From NCBI RefSeq assembly GCF_009914755.1, contig NC_060925.1: a stretch of 64,000 nucleotides of DNA, one strand, 5' to 3'. The notes beneath the pieces are model-generated. The model worked only from the letters and a program-made list of their open reading frames with translations. It was not told the origin of the DNA and did not search any database. The position numbers were made by a program, and so were the translations under genes. Positions 27,863 through 40,498 of the stretch are shown here, in pieces; the first letter of the stretch is position 1, and every line of letters begins with the position of its first letter. The DNA is from the human T2T-CHM13v2.0 reference genome, Homo sapiens.

Positions 27863-28232
27863 TGTATTAGTCATTCTCACACTGCTAAAAAGATACCACC
27901 CGAGACAGGGTAATTTATAAAGGAAAGAGGTTTAATTGACTTACAGTTCTGCATGGCTGGGGAGGCCTCAGGAAACTTACAATCGTGGCAGAAGGGGAAG
28001 GGGAAGCAAGACAAGTCTTAGGTGGCAACAGGAGGGAAAGAGGTGCAAAGTGGGAACCACCAAACACTTCTTAAAACCATCAGCTCTCATGAGAACTCAC
28101 TCACTATCACAGGAACAGCATGGGGAAACTTCCCCCATGACCCAATCACCTCCCACCGCGACTCTCACTCGACACCTGGGGATTACAAATGGAGATGAGA
28201 TTTGGGTGGGGACACAGAACCAAGCCATATCA
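27863..28232 (-). mobile_element. THE1D-like solo LTR
   Basis: tgtattagtc...ggcctcaggaaacttacaatc...gccatatca; perfect TSD ccatc. Confidence 0.92.
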
Positions 28233-28399
28233 CCATCCCCACCTCCTCCCCACTTATCAGACATCTCTTTCCTTACTTCTCTCCCTTTTTGCAGATTCAT
28301 TAGCCCATTATTTCATTAACAGCCTCCCCAGTGCCCTAAATTGTCCTATTGCTAGTCAGAAGGACGCCCTTCTTTTGTGTCCCATGTTTTTTTGACATG

Positions 28400-28700
28400 A
28401 CCCATTGGTCTTTTAATGTTTTCTTGCCTTCAGGCACAAGAAGTCCTAGAATCATATTAAATGTTCCCACTCCAGTCCTGAAAACGCCCCTTTCTGTAAG
28501 AATCTCTGATTCCCTTTGGGGGCAAACAGTATTTAACACCCATGCTCTGGACAGCAGGATGTCTTTTGCTATTGGGGCATCATTGCTCCTAGACTTTTTC
28601 AGTGAACAGAGCTGGAAAATATGTGTTTAAGGAAAAAAAACAGAAGATGAGTTAATACTGACACTTTGTATTCAAATTGAACCCATAAATTTCTAACATG
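28400..28700 (-). mobile_element. L1MC-like 3' fragment
   Basis: ttgctattggggcatcattgctcctagactttttcagtgaacagagctggaaaatatg. Confidence 0.55.
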
Positions 28701-28779
28701 TTAAATCCTCTTTCCCATCCCCCACATCTTCCTTGGCACCCTTCTGTTTTGATTTTTCAAATCTTTTGAAGAGGCCGTG

Positions 28780-29360
28780 TATACTCACTAAGTCCTTTTA
28801 TTCGCACCCACACATCCACCTACTCCAGACTCACTCTGATCTGGTTTGCCTCCCTTCAGTCAGTGAAAAAATTTTGTTATGGTAACCATGCCCTCATGCC
28901 AAGGGACCTTTTTCAATTTTTATCTTATCAAAGCAGTATTCACTTGACACTAAAAACTCTGCCTTCTTTCTGAAACACTCTTCCCTGTACTTCCGTTAAT
29001 CAATACTCTATCTTTTTTCTTTTCCTGGAAAATTCTTTTATGTCTCCTCTAATTGGCCATGCAATGTTAAAGGTACTGAAGGCTTGAGTCTGTTGTTCTC
29101 TCTCACACGGACTCCTCTGTCCAGGAGAGCTGATACCTGCCCATGACTTCACTGCTTCCAAAGTTCTATCTGTGGCCAAAATCTCTCCTTATTACTCCAT
29201 GCACATGTATTTAAGTGTCCACCCCTGACTCTGCATGTATGCGTCTAAGGCATTTCAAACTTACCATGTTCAAAAGTAGGCTGGTTCTCTATCCCACCTT
29301 CACTCACTCAATAGCATTCTGAATAAATGGCCTTTCTATTTCTTCTGCTGCCCAAACCAG
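28780..29360 (+). mobile_element. L2 LINE fragment
   Basis: tctgaaacactcttccc...gtctaaggcatttcaaacttaccatgttcaaa. Confidence 0.65.
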
Positions 29361-29364
29361 CTCT

Positions 29365-29570
29365 TCTGTGGTGGCTAACAGTCCTGGTTTTAGAGCCAAC
29401 CTACGAGTCTTTGAATCCTATCCTCATCACTTCTTAGCTGTGCCTCATTTTTCCCATTTTAAAACTGTGAATAGGAATTGACTTTGTCTCATAGGGTTCT
29501 TTTGAGGATTAAATGACATACCCCATGGGAAATGCTCAGCACAACGTGGAGCAAATGTAACTAGTCAACG
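29365..29570 (+). mobile_element. MIR SINE
   Basis: tgaatcctatcc...gcctcatttttcccattttaaaac...gaggattaaatga. Confidence 0.75.
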
Positions 29571-29639
29571 CAGGACACACGTTTCTCTCCCACTTCTCTC
29601 CTTCACCCCCTGGCTACCACGTCTGCCTATCAAACCATG

Positions 29640-30590
29640 TATTTCTTATGGCTGTAAACTGAGGCAGCTCATTTGTGTCTATGCAGCACTTTTTCCCTCT
29701 CCCCTTCTTCTCCTTCTGATGGGGTACCCATCGCAAGTGTCTCCAGTAGTAAAGACCCCATCACAGAGGTGCAAAGTTAACTTAAGCAGAACTCAACAGA
29801 TCCCATCAAGGAAACTTGCTCAAGCTACCAAGAAAGAGGTGACTTCCTTTGTTTTTGTTACAGTTCTGGGTTCATCAGTTGTAACTTTGATCTGAACCTA
29901 GAGCAGCCAGTGGTCATTCTACGCCACTGATATGGTTTGGCTCTCTCCCCACCCAAATCTCATCTTGAATTATAGCTTCCATAATTCCCACGTGTTGTGG
30001 GAGGGACCTGGTGGGAGATCATTGAATCCTCGGGGTGGTTTCCCCCATACTCTTCCTGTGGTAGTGAAGAAGTCTCACGAGATCTGATGGTTTTATAAGG
30101 GGTTTCCTCTTTCACTGGATTCTCATTCTCTCTTGCCTGCCACCATGTAAGACATCCCTTTGCTCTTCCTTCATCTTCCACCATGATTGTGAGGCATCCC
30201 CAGCCATGTGGAACTGTGAGTCCATTAAACCTCTTTCCTTTATAAATTATCCAGTCTCAGGTATATCTTTATTAGCAGCTTGAGAACAGACTAATACTAA
30301 ATGGGATAATCCTACTGAGAGTAAAGCCAACACAGAGGAAAGCTGAAAGAGGTGAGAGAGATAATTGAAAAGTAATAAAGGGAGAGGAAGCAAGGGAAAA
30401 AGAGAGAGAGATAAGAGAAAGAAAATATTAAAGATGTTATTTGAATTTCTGGATCCAACTATGCCTGGAGCAAGACATTTTCCCCATTTTCCCAGTTATA
30501 TAATACAGCCAAAATATTCTTTGTTGTTGTTGTTTAATGTACTCTGAGTTAGGTGTCTGACCCTTGCAACCAAGATTTCTCCCTAGCACA
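29640..30590 (+). mobile_element. Old MLT1J/K-like LTR interrupted by THE1B
   Basis: aagccaacacagaggaaagc...ctggatccaactatgcctgga...cttgcaaccaaga. Confidence 0.55.
29928..30298 (+). mobile_element. THE1B solo LTR
   Basis: tgatatggtttggct...ccataattcccacgtgttgtgggagggacc...gaacagactaatac. Confidence 0.92.
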
Positions 30591-31044
30591 AGAATTTTGT
30601 TCAAGAGTCAGGACATCTTGTAAAGATATATAAAGTAGAGCAACAAATCATAGATTTAAATTCAGAATAAAAAGACAACAGTGAGAGTAAGATTATAAAG
30701 AGATCTTGAAATAAAAACAGTAATTTCTAAACTGTCTCTACACTTGGTGGAGGTAAGGCATAAATTTTGGTTCTAAGCTTCTGTTTTTTTAGCTGACACA
30801 AGGAAGGAACACTAAGAATTACACAATTCATAGTGTACACAGAACTATAAGCAGATGAAATGCTCAGGAGAAGCACATCAATTTTTTGGTCCTGAGACTA
30901 AACAGGAAAGCCGGTAGTCATAACTATTGCTTTCCATACACTTTATGACCTGGATGGATGAGAATGAAATAAATGTATCCATCTTCTTCAAAAAGAGACC
31001 ATCTGTTTCATTATTCTGTTCCTATAGTGAACCCTCTTGATACC

Positions 31045-31497
31045 TTCCCCCTCCATGCCCTCAGCCCACCTGAGTTGTGATAGCTGTGATTCTCCCCTCA
31101 AATGCCTGCACCTCTCCTGTTCTTCCTCTACACTTTAAGAGCTTGCCCACCTGAATGCAATTATGGCCCAGAAGTAGAGGCATTAATGACCACTTCTTCC
31201 TTTCCTGGGACAGCTCCCAAAGAGTGGTGGCTGGGAGCTAGTGACAGAATGTCCAGCCTCCTCATCTTCTGGTGGGGGACAATTCTAGGCCATGCTGCAA
31301 TGGTTCCTCTGAGAGTCTCCTGTAGGATTGAACCTCATATGCCCACAAGCATAGCCCTGTCTTTAGTGCATCTTAGATTGGACTTTTTCTATTCCCCCTC
31401 CCACTTTCCCTACTTTCTCACTTCTAGGATCACCTCCCAAATAAACTGCCTACACTGAAAACCTTGGTTCAGGGTCTGGGAAACCCAACCTAAGGTC
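31045..31497 (+). mobile_element. LTR16-like ERVL solo LTR
   Basis: cctgggacagc...ggggacaattctag...ggattgaacc...gatcacctcccaaataaactgcctacac...gggaaacccaacctaag. Confidence 0.75.
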
Positions 31498-31774
31498 GTC
31501 ACTGATTCTTCTTCCAAGGTGCCTGGAGCATGCCTGCTGTCTGCCGTGCAAATGCGCATGCTAGATTTCCTCCACTTGCCAGAGTGTCCACAGCTGGAGC
31601 AGAAGAACAGCAGGGTTGTGCTCCATCTCCAGGCCCTCTGTGGTTGCTTCTGAAAAAGAACTTTAGATGGAAAGTCCTGATTTCATTACCATCCAAATAT
31701 AGATTTCTCTCTATCATCTATGTTTTTATAAATTTTCTGTGTTTTGTGTTGCTTTTACCACCTTAGGTATTCGC

Positions 31775-32606
31775 TAATCCTGGAGTGACTACCCTTCCCA
31801 GGGCGAATTCCTAGAGACAGAAAATAACTGATCTGTGAGTGTTCCTTTCCTATGTAAACCACCCACTCCAAATCCCACATGCCCAACCCCATTCTTTATG
31901 TAATTTCCATGCACCCCGCCAACACTTCCCCTGCCCTAAATTACCCCAGGGTCAGTGTACTAGTCTGTTCTCACACTGCTAATAAAGACATACCCGAGAC
32001 TGGGTAATTTAGAAAGGAAAGAGGTTTAATTGACTCACAGTTCCTCATGGCTGCGGAGGCCTCACAGTCATGGTAGAAGATGAAGGAAGAGCAAATGGAC
32101 CTCTTACATGGTGGCAGGCAAGAGAGAATGAGAATCAAATGAAAGGGGAAACCCCTTAAAAAAACATCAGATCTCATGAGACATCTTCACTACCATGAGA
32201 ACGGCCCTGGGGAAGCAGCCTTCATGATTCAATTATCTTCCACCAGGTCCCTCCCACAACACATGGGAATTATGGAAGCTACAATTCGAGATGAGATTTG
32301 GGTGGGGACACAACCAGACCATGTCGGCCAGGTATCAGACAATTAGAGACCACCCTGATAAGCTCAGTACTAGAATCTTAAACTTTCCTGCCCTGCCTTG
32401 CCCATTCTTTCCTGTGGGAATCACAGTGAAGTCTCTGAGCCCTGCTCCCTGCTGGCTCCTTCTGCCTTCTGACCAGCCTGGTGGTCCCCGTGTGGCCCTG
32501 TGTGGTGTGGCCTCCCTCTTGGAAACTATAAAGTGTAAACTGCACTTTCAAAGGCAGTTGTCTCCACATCTGTCATCTCATCATGCCTGATTAAAGCAAA
32601 CCCTGA
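31775..32606 (+). mobile_element. MER74/MER54-like ERVL LTR interrupted by THE1B
   Basis: aattcctagagacag...cccctgccctaaattaccccagg[THE1]gccaggtatcagacaattagagacc...ccccgtgtggccctgtgtgg. Confidence 0.65.
31956..32326 (-). mobile_element. THE1B solo LTR
   Basis: ctgctaataaagacatacccgagactggg...gagatttgggtggggacac; TSD gtcag/gccag. Confidence 0.92.
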
Positions 32607-34563
32607 TACGATCCAAACATTCTCTTCTTTCTGATCCACCTTAAACCTATGGGGTCTGTGCTTGCTGCAATTGTGGTGCAGGGAAAGAATAAGGCCCCGG
32701 AGCCCAGCAGCATGGTGGGAATTCCCACCGAATGTTAACTAGTAATGCAGCCAGTTCACATCTCTGAGTGTGGGCTTCCCAGTCCTTAAAATGGAATGGA
32801 TACTACCTGTCTCAGAGTCATCAAAAGAGACACAAGAGAGAATGCAAGAGAGTGCCTGGTACAAAACAGGTGCTTTAGGTTATAGAGTTATTTTCTTCAT
32901 TGTATTGTTTCCTTAGACACAAATTCTAGGTTCAGATGACTTTGGGGTATAGTCAGATAAAACCATTAACTTCAGGCATTGCCACTGATTTAATAGGATA
33001 TTAAATTGTTGGATGAATGAATGAATGAATCTTTAGTTTTCTTCCCAAAGAAGTTCCTGCGCAAAGCATCTTCCTCTGAAGTGTTGTCTTATGCTCCAGC
33101 TTTTGAATTCTCGTTTCACACACTTAATTCAAAGCACTAAGATAATAAATTCACTACCAATTACTCAGTTTCACCAACTATTTATAAGGTAATAATTCCT
33201 TATTTCATGTAGCTGAAAAACTTACAAAGGAAACCAAAATGACCAGCCAGGGAAACAACAGAAGGATTTACTGCAAAGCCTACCATTACAGAAACACGCC
33301 ACTACCTCTCTCCTTGTCTTTTCTTTCTATGGTGTTAATCTTACATAAGTGGTTATTACCACATGAAACACATTAAGATTATTTCAATTAATTTTGTTTG
33401 ACACATTGTTTTAAAAGAGTACTCTACTATTTACTGGCAATTAAACAGACTTTCATGTTAAGTATGCTGCTTGAGGGTATGTTGAGTGGGACTACGGATA
33501 TAGCAATTGAAATTGTTCATTTGCAAGAAGCTTGTCCTTTGGAAGTCAAGAGTGTCTGAATATCTCTGAGGTGCTGATTTACAAGGGCAGAAAAAGATGA
33601 ATAATCACATGAATTAGTTCCTTGGGTGACTAAAGCCTTATAAAGCTTTGAACACTTTTGTCCTTGCTTAGAATTAAAGAATGTTTTCCACTTTGCAAAG
33701 ACATTACTGCCAAGAATAACCAGAAATGGTTAATAGGATGTTGTAGCAAAAAGAATCTTACTGCATGCACACTGGGCTAAAAGCAGTATGCTGGTTGTGT
33801 GGAAGATTTAAAGTCATGGCTCCAACAAGGCAGTGGGGCAGAGGATGTAATCTAGATTGTTAACATGTGGCAAAGGGCGAACTTGAAATAATCAGAACAC
33901 ACAAGACCTTAATGCTGGAGCAGGCTCCTTAAGACCAGCTTCTGGGCAAGGGTTAAGCCCTGGTTGCTAGATGCTACAGAGGTCCACTTGTGGCATATTT
34001 TATTATTCAGTTCAAAATACATTGTAGTTGCAAGTGTGACTTCCTCTTGACACATGGATTATTTAGAGGTGAATTGTTTAATTTTTGAACAGTAGGGGAT
34101 TTTCTACTGATTCCTAGCTGAATTCCACTGTGGTCAGAAAGCCTACTCTGAATAACTTTAATCCTGTGAAATTTGTTGAATCTTGTTTATGGTCCAATGT
34201 ATAGTCAATCTCAGTAAATGATTCTACACACTTGAAGAAGAAATGAGCCTTTGTTGCTGTTGGATGCAATGTTTTGTTTACATCCGTTAGGTCTTTTACT
34301 AGGTGTCTTGTCCATGTCTATATACTTATTTTTATTATCTTCTTGTTTTATTAGTTATGGAGTTTATTAAAGTCTTCCGCATTGGTTATGCATTGCTTTT
34401 CTTTCTTTAAGCTCTGGCAATTACTGATTTATGTATTTTGGTTTTTGGGGGGTACATACATATGTACTAATATCCTTCTGGTCAGTTAACACACTTGTGG
34501 AATGTCTCTAGTTCTACTGATGCTTGTTGCCTTACAGTTTATTTTGTACATTGTTAGTGTAAC

Positions 34564-35005
34564 TGCCAGGCCTCTGAGCCCAAGACAAGCCATCGCATCC
34601 CCTGTGACCTGCACCTATACGCCCAGATGGCCTGAAGTAACTGAAGAATCACAAAAGAAGTGAATAAGCCCTGCCCCACCTTAACTGATGACATTCCACC
34701 ACAAAAGAAGTGTAAATGGCCGGTCCTTGCCTTAACTGATGACATTACCTTGTGAAAGTCCTTTTCCTGGCTCATCCTGGCTCAAAAATCACCCCCACTG
34801 AGCACCTTGCGACCCCTACTCCTGCCCGCCAGACAGCAAACCCCCTTTGACTGTAATTTTCCTTTACCTACCCAAATCCTATAAAACGGCCCCACCCTTA
34901 TCTCCCTTCGCTCTCTTTTCAGACTCAGCCCACCTGCATCCAGGTGATTAAAAGCTTTATTGCTCAAAGCCTGTTTGGTGTCTCTTCACACGGACGTGCA
35001 TGAAA
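34564..35005 (+). promoter_or_regulatory. LTR7: 5' LTR7 (442 bp) promoter/enhancer
   Basis: tgccaggcctctgagccc...gcatgaaa. Two ~50-bp U3 repeats with ACAAAAGAAG (34651, 34701), TATAAAA 34880-86, GGCCCCACCC box 34888-97, ATTAAA 34947-52. Confidence 0.96.
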
Positions 35006-35007
35006 TT

Positions 35008-35025
35008 TGGTGCCATGACTCGGAT
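35008..35025 (+). other. Primer binding site, tRNA-His
   Basis: TGGTGCCATGACTCGGAT versus His PBS TGGTGCCGTGACTCGGAT: one CpG-type mismatch at 35015. Confidence 0.95.
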
Positions 35026-35148
35026 CGGGGGACCTCCCTTGGGAGATCAATCCCCTGTCCTCCCGTTCTTTGCTCCGTGACAAAGATCCACCTACGACCT
35101 CAGGTCCTCAGACCGACCAGCCCAAGAAACATCTCACCAAGTTTAAAT

Positions 35149-35157
35149 CCGGTAAGC
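35149..35157 (+). promoter_or_regulatory. HERV-H major splice donor
   Basis: CCG|GTAAGC, GT at 35152-35153, ~145 nt after the 5' LTR. Confidence 0.8.
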
Positions 35158-35439
35158 AGCCTCTTTTTATTCTCTTCTCCAACCTCCCTCACTATCCCTC
35201 AACCTCTTTCTCCTTTCAATCTTGGTGCCACACTTCAATCTCTCCCTTCTCTTAATTTCAATTCCTTTCATTTTCTGGTAGAGACAAAGGAGACACGTTT
35301 TATCCATGGACCCAAAACTCCGGCGCCGGTCATGGACTGGGAAGGCAGCCTTCCCTTGGTGTTTAATCATTGCAGGGACGCCTCTCTGATTATACACTCA
35401 CATTTCAAGGGTGTCAGACCACGCAGGGATGCCTGCCTT

Positions 35440-35830
35440 GGTCCTTCACCCTTAGCGGCAAGTCCCGCTTTTCTGGGGAAAAGGCAAGTACCCCTCAACC
35501 CCTTCTCTCCTTGTCTCTACCCTTTCTCTGCTTTTCTGGAGAAAGGGCAAGTACCCCAACTCCTTCTCTCCTTGTCGCTACCCCTTCTCTGCTTTTCTGG
35601 GACAGGGGCAAGTACCCCTCAACCCCTTCTCCTTCACCCTTAGTGGCAAGTCCCGCTTTCCTAGGGGGCAAGAACCCCCCAGTCGCTTATTTCCACACCC
35701 CAACCTCTTATCTCTGTGCCCCAATCCCTTATTTCCACACCCTGACCTCTTATCTCTGTGCCCCAATCCCTTACTTCCGTGCCCCAACCCCTTCTCTGCT
35801 TTTCTGGAGGGCAAGAACCCTCCACCCCTT
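35440..35830 (+). repeat. HERV-H leader tandem repeats (~60-bp and ~41-bp units)
   Basis: Repeated ccccttctctgcttttctgg..ggcaagtacccc and ttatttccacaccc..acctcttat.tctctgtgccccaatccc. Confidence 0.85.
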
Positions 35831-35871
35831 CTCTGTGTCTCTACTCTTTTCTCTGGGCTTCCTCCTTCACT

Positions 35872-37093
35872 GTGGGTAAGCTTCCACCTGCCATTCCTCC
35901 TTCTTCTCCCTTAGCCTGTGTTCTCAAAAACTTAAAACCTCTTCAACTCACACCTGACCTAAAACCTAAATGCCTTTTCTTCTGCAATGCCGCTTGACCC
36001 CAATACAAACTCAACAGTAGTTCCAAATAGCCACAAAATGGCACTTTGAATTTTTCCATCCTGCAAAATCTAAATAATTATTGTCATAAAATAGGCAAAT
36101 GGTCTGAGGTGCCTGACGTCCAGGCATTCTTTTACACATCAGTCCCTTCCTAGTCTCTGTGCCCAGTGCAACTCATCCCAAATCTTCCTTCTTTCCCTCC
36201 CGCCTGTCCCCTCAGTACCAACCCCAAGCGTCGCTGAGTCTTTCTAATCTTCCTTTTCTACAGACCCATCTGACCTCTCCCTTCCTCCCCAGGCTGCTCC
36301 TCGACCGGCAGAGCTAGGTCCCAATTCTTCCTCAGCCTCCGCTCCTCCACCCTATAATCCTTTTATCACCTCCCCTCCTGACACCTGGTCCGGCTTACAG
36401 TTTCGTTCTGTGACTAGCCCTCCCCCTCCTGCCCAGCAATTTACTCTTAAAAAGGTGGCTGGAGCCAAAGGCATAGTCAAGGTTAATGTTCCTTTTTCTT
36501 TATCCCAAATCAGAAGTGTTTAGGCTCTTTTTCATCAAATATAAAAATCCAGCCCAGTTCATGGCTCCTTTGGCAGCAACCCTGAGACGCTTTACAGCCC
36601 TAGACCCTAAAAGGTCAAAAGGCTGTCTTATTCTCAATATACATTTTATTAACCAATCTGCTCCCGACATTAAATAAAACTCCAAAAATTAAATTCCGGC
36701 CCTCAAACCCCACAACAGGATTTAATTAACCTCGCCTTCAAGGTGTACAATAATAGAAAAAAGTTGCAATTCCTTGCCTCCACTGTGAGACAAACCCCAG
36801 CCACATCTCCAGCACACAAGAACTTCCAAACGCCTGAACCGCAGCGGCCAGGTGTTCCTCCAGAACCTCCTCCCCCAGGAGCTTGCTACACGTGCCGGAA
36901 ATCTGGCCACTGGGCCAAGGAATGCCCGCAGCCCGGGATTCCTCCTAAGCCGCATCCCATCTGTGTGGGACCCCACTGAAAATCGGACTGTTCAACTCAC
37001 CTGGCAGCCACTCCCAGAGCCCCTGGAACTCTGGCCCAGGGCTCTCTGACTGACTCCTTCCCAGATCTTCTCGGCTTAGCGGCTGAAGACTGA
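35872..37093 (+). pseudogene. gag: HERV-H gag, defective
   Basis: Start changed to GTG (VGKLPP.IPPSSPLACVLKNLKP). Zinc knuckle CYTCRKSGHWAKEC; second knuckle broken (HPICVGPH*KSDC). Several stops; terminal TGA at 37091-93. Confidence 0.9.
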
Positions 37094-37500
37094 CACTGCC
37101 CAATCACCTCGGAAGCCCCCTAGACCATCACGGACGCCGAGCTTCCAGTAACTCTCACAGTGGAAGGTAAGCCCCTCCCCTTCTTAATCAATACGGAGGC
37201 TACCCACTCCACATTACCTTCTTTTCAAGGGCCTGTTTCCCTTGCCTCCATAACTGTTGTGGGTATTGACGGCCAGGCTTCTAAACCTCTTAAAACTCCC
37301 CAACTCTGGTGCCAACTTAGACAATACTCCTTTAAGCACTCCTTTTTAGTTATCCCCACCTGCCCAGCTCCCTTATTAGGCTGAGACACTTTAACTAAAT
37401 TATCTGCTTCCCTGACTATTCCTGGATTACAGCTATATCTCATTGCTGCCCTTCTTCCCAATCCAAAGCCTCCTTTGTGTCCTCCTCTTGTATCCCCCCA
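37094..37500 (+). pseudogene. pro: HERV-H protease, inactive
   Basis: FLINTEATHS: the catalytic DTG motif is NTE; LLG*D stop. Confidence 0.88.
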
Positions 37501-40232
37501 CCTTAACCCACAAGTATAAGATACCTCTACTCCCTCCTTGGCGACTGATCATGCACCCCTTACCATCTCATTAACACCTAATCACCCTTACCCCACTCAA
37601 CGCCAATATCCCATCCCGCAGCACGCTTTAAAAAGATTAAAGCCTGTTATCACTCACCTGCTACAGCATGGCCTTGTAAAGCCTAAAAACTCTCCTTACA
37701 ATTCCCCCATTTTACCTGTCCTAAAACCAGACAAGCCTTACAAGTTTGTTCAGGATCTGTGCCTTATCAACCAAATTGTTTTGCCTATCCACCCCATGGT
37801 GCCAAACCCATATACTCTCCTGTCCTCAATACCTGCCTCTATAACCGATTATTCTGTTCTAGATCTCAAACATGCTTTCTTTACTATTCCTTTGCACACT
37901 TAATCCCAGCCTCTCTTCACTTTCACTTGGACTGACACTGACACCCATCAAGCTCAGCAAATTACCTGGGCTGTACTGCTGCAAAGCTTCACAGACAGCC
38001 CCCATTACTTCAATCAAGCCCAAATTTCTTCCTCATCTGTTACCTATCTCGGCATAATTCTCATAAAAACACATGTGCTCTCCCTGCCAATCGTATCTGA
38101 CTGATCTCTCAAACCCCAGCACCTTCTACAAAATAACTCCTTTCCTTCCTATGCATGGTTAGCGTGGTCAGAATTCTTACACAAGAGCTAGGACCACACT
38201 CTGTAGCCTTTCCGTCCAAACAACTTGACCTTACTGTTTTAGCCTAGCCATCATGTCTGCGTGCAGTGGCTGCTGCTGCATTAATACTTTTAGAGGTCCT
38301 CAAAATCACAGACTATGCTCAACTCACTCTCTACAGCTCTCATAATTTCCAAAATCTATTTTCTTCCTCACACCTGACACATATACTTTCTGCTCCCCGG
38401 CTCCTTCAGCTGTACTCACTCTTTGTTGAGTCTCCCACAATTACCATTGTTTCTGGCCCGGACTTCAATCCGGCCTCCCACATTATTCCGGATACCACAC
38501 CTGACCCTCATGACTGCATCTCTCTGATCCACCTGATGCTCTCCCCATTTCCCCACATTTCCTTCTTCCCCATTTCTCACCCTGATCACACTTGGTTTAT
38601 TGATGGCAGTTCCACCAGGCCTAATCGCCACTCACCAGCAAAGGCAGGCTATGCTATAATATCTTCCACATCTATCGTTGAGGCTACCACTCTGCCTCCC
38701 TCCACTACCTCTCAGCAAGCCAAACTAGTTGCCTTAACTCAAGCCCTCACTCTTGCAAAAGGACTACGCGTCAATATCTTACTGATTCTAAATATGCCTT
38801 TCATATTCGGCACCACCATGCAGTCATATGGGCTGAAAGAGGTTTCCTCACTACACAAGGGTCCTCCATCATTAATGCCTCTTTAATAAAAACTCTGCTC
38901 AAGGCCACTTTACTTCCAAAAGAAGCTGGGGTCATTCACTGCAAGGGACATCAAAAGGCATCAGATCCCATTGCTCTAGGCAATGCTTATGCTGATAAGG
39001 TGGCTAGCCAAGCAGCTAGCTCTCCAACTTCTGTCCCTCACGGCCAGTTTTTCTCCTTCACTTCGGTCACTCCCACCTACTCCCCCACTGAAACTTCCAC
39101 CTATCAATCTCTTCCCACACAAGGCAAATGGTTCTTAGACCAAGGAAAATGTCTTCTTCCAGCCTCACAGGCCCATTCTATTCTATCATAATTTCATAAC
39201 CTCTTCCATGTAGTTTACAAGCCGCTAGCCTGTCTCTTAGAACCTCTCATTTCCTTTCCATCATGGAAATCTATCCTCAAGGAGATCACTTCTCAGTGTT
39301 CCATCTGCTATTCTACTACCCATCAGGGATTGTTCAGGTCTCCTCCCTTTCCTACACATCAAGCTAGGGGATTTGCCCCTGCCCAGGACTGGCAAATTGA
39401 CTTTACTCACATGCCTCGAGTCAGAAAACTAAAATATCTCTTAGTCTGGGTAGACGCTTTCACTGGATGGGTAGAGGCCTTCCCCACAGGGTCTGAGAAG
39501 GCCACTGCGGTCATTTCTTCCCTTCTGTCAGACATAATCCCTCGGTTTGGCCTTCCCGCCTCTACACAGTCTGATAACGGACCGGCCTTTACTAGCCAAA
39601 TCACCCAAGCAGTTTCTCAGGCTCTTGGTATTCAGTGGAACCTTCATATCATTTACCGTCCTCAATCTTCAGGAAAGGTAGAACGGACTAATGGTCTTTT
39701 AAAGACACACCTCACCAAGCTCAGCCTCCAACTTAAAAAGGATTGGACAGTACTTTTAACTCTTGCTCTTCTCAGAATCAGAGCCTGTCCTCGAGATGCT
39801 ACAGGGTACAGTCCATTTGAACTCTTATATGGACACACTTTCTTGCTTGGCCCCAACCTCATCCCAGACACCAGCCCTCTAGGCAACTATCTTCCAGTCC
39901 TCCAACAGGCTAGATAGGAAATTCACCAGGCTGCTAATCTTCTCTTGCCTACTCCAGATCTCCAGCCATATGAAGACACCCTAGCTGGACGATCAGTTCT
40001 TGTTAAGAATCTGACCCCTCAAACTCTACAACCTCGATGGACCAGACCCTACTTAGTCATCTATAGTACCCTGACTGCCGTCCGCCTGCAGGATCCTCCC
40101 CACTGGGTTCACCATTCCAGAATAAAGCTGTGCCCATTGGACAGCCAGCCTAATCCCTCCTATTCCTCCTGGAAGTCGCAAGTACTCTCCCCTACTTCCC
40201 TTAAACTCACTAGCATTTCTGAACAACAGTAA
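37501..40232 (+). pseudogene. pol: HERV-H pol (RT deleted, RNase H frameshifted, integrase core open)
   Basis: RT motifs PYNSPILPV, VQDL and LDLKHAFF; YxDD region absent (SPHYFNQA|QISSSSVTYLG, junction ~38015-20). RNase H WFIDGSS...HCKGHQ. Open frame 39192-39914 with HNLFH/CSIC and a D-D35-E triad. Confidence 0.93.
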
Positions 40233-40498
40233 TAACCCTTATGAGTCTAATATATCCCTTCATTCTATTAGGTCTGTTCATCCTTACCCTACTTTTTGCA
40301 ACAAGGCTTTACGAAGTCACCCCCACCACTTAGGCCGAGCCCCAAAAACTAGTCATCCCTACTATCTTCTGTCTGGTCATACTCCTATTCTTCATTCTCA
40401 ACTACTTATAAATGCCCTACTCTTGTTTACACTGCCGGTTTATATCTCTTGGTGCTATCCCCAAACTGCCACTCTTAACTCCCTCTTAGAGTGGATAG

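Noticed and set aside
35008-35025. tRNA-His gene
   Set aside because: Only the 18-nt complementary primer binding site; no cloverleaf.
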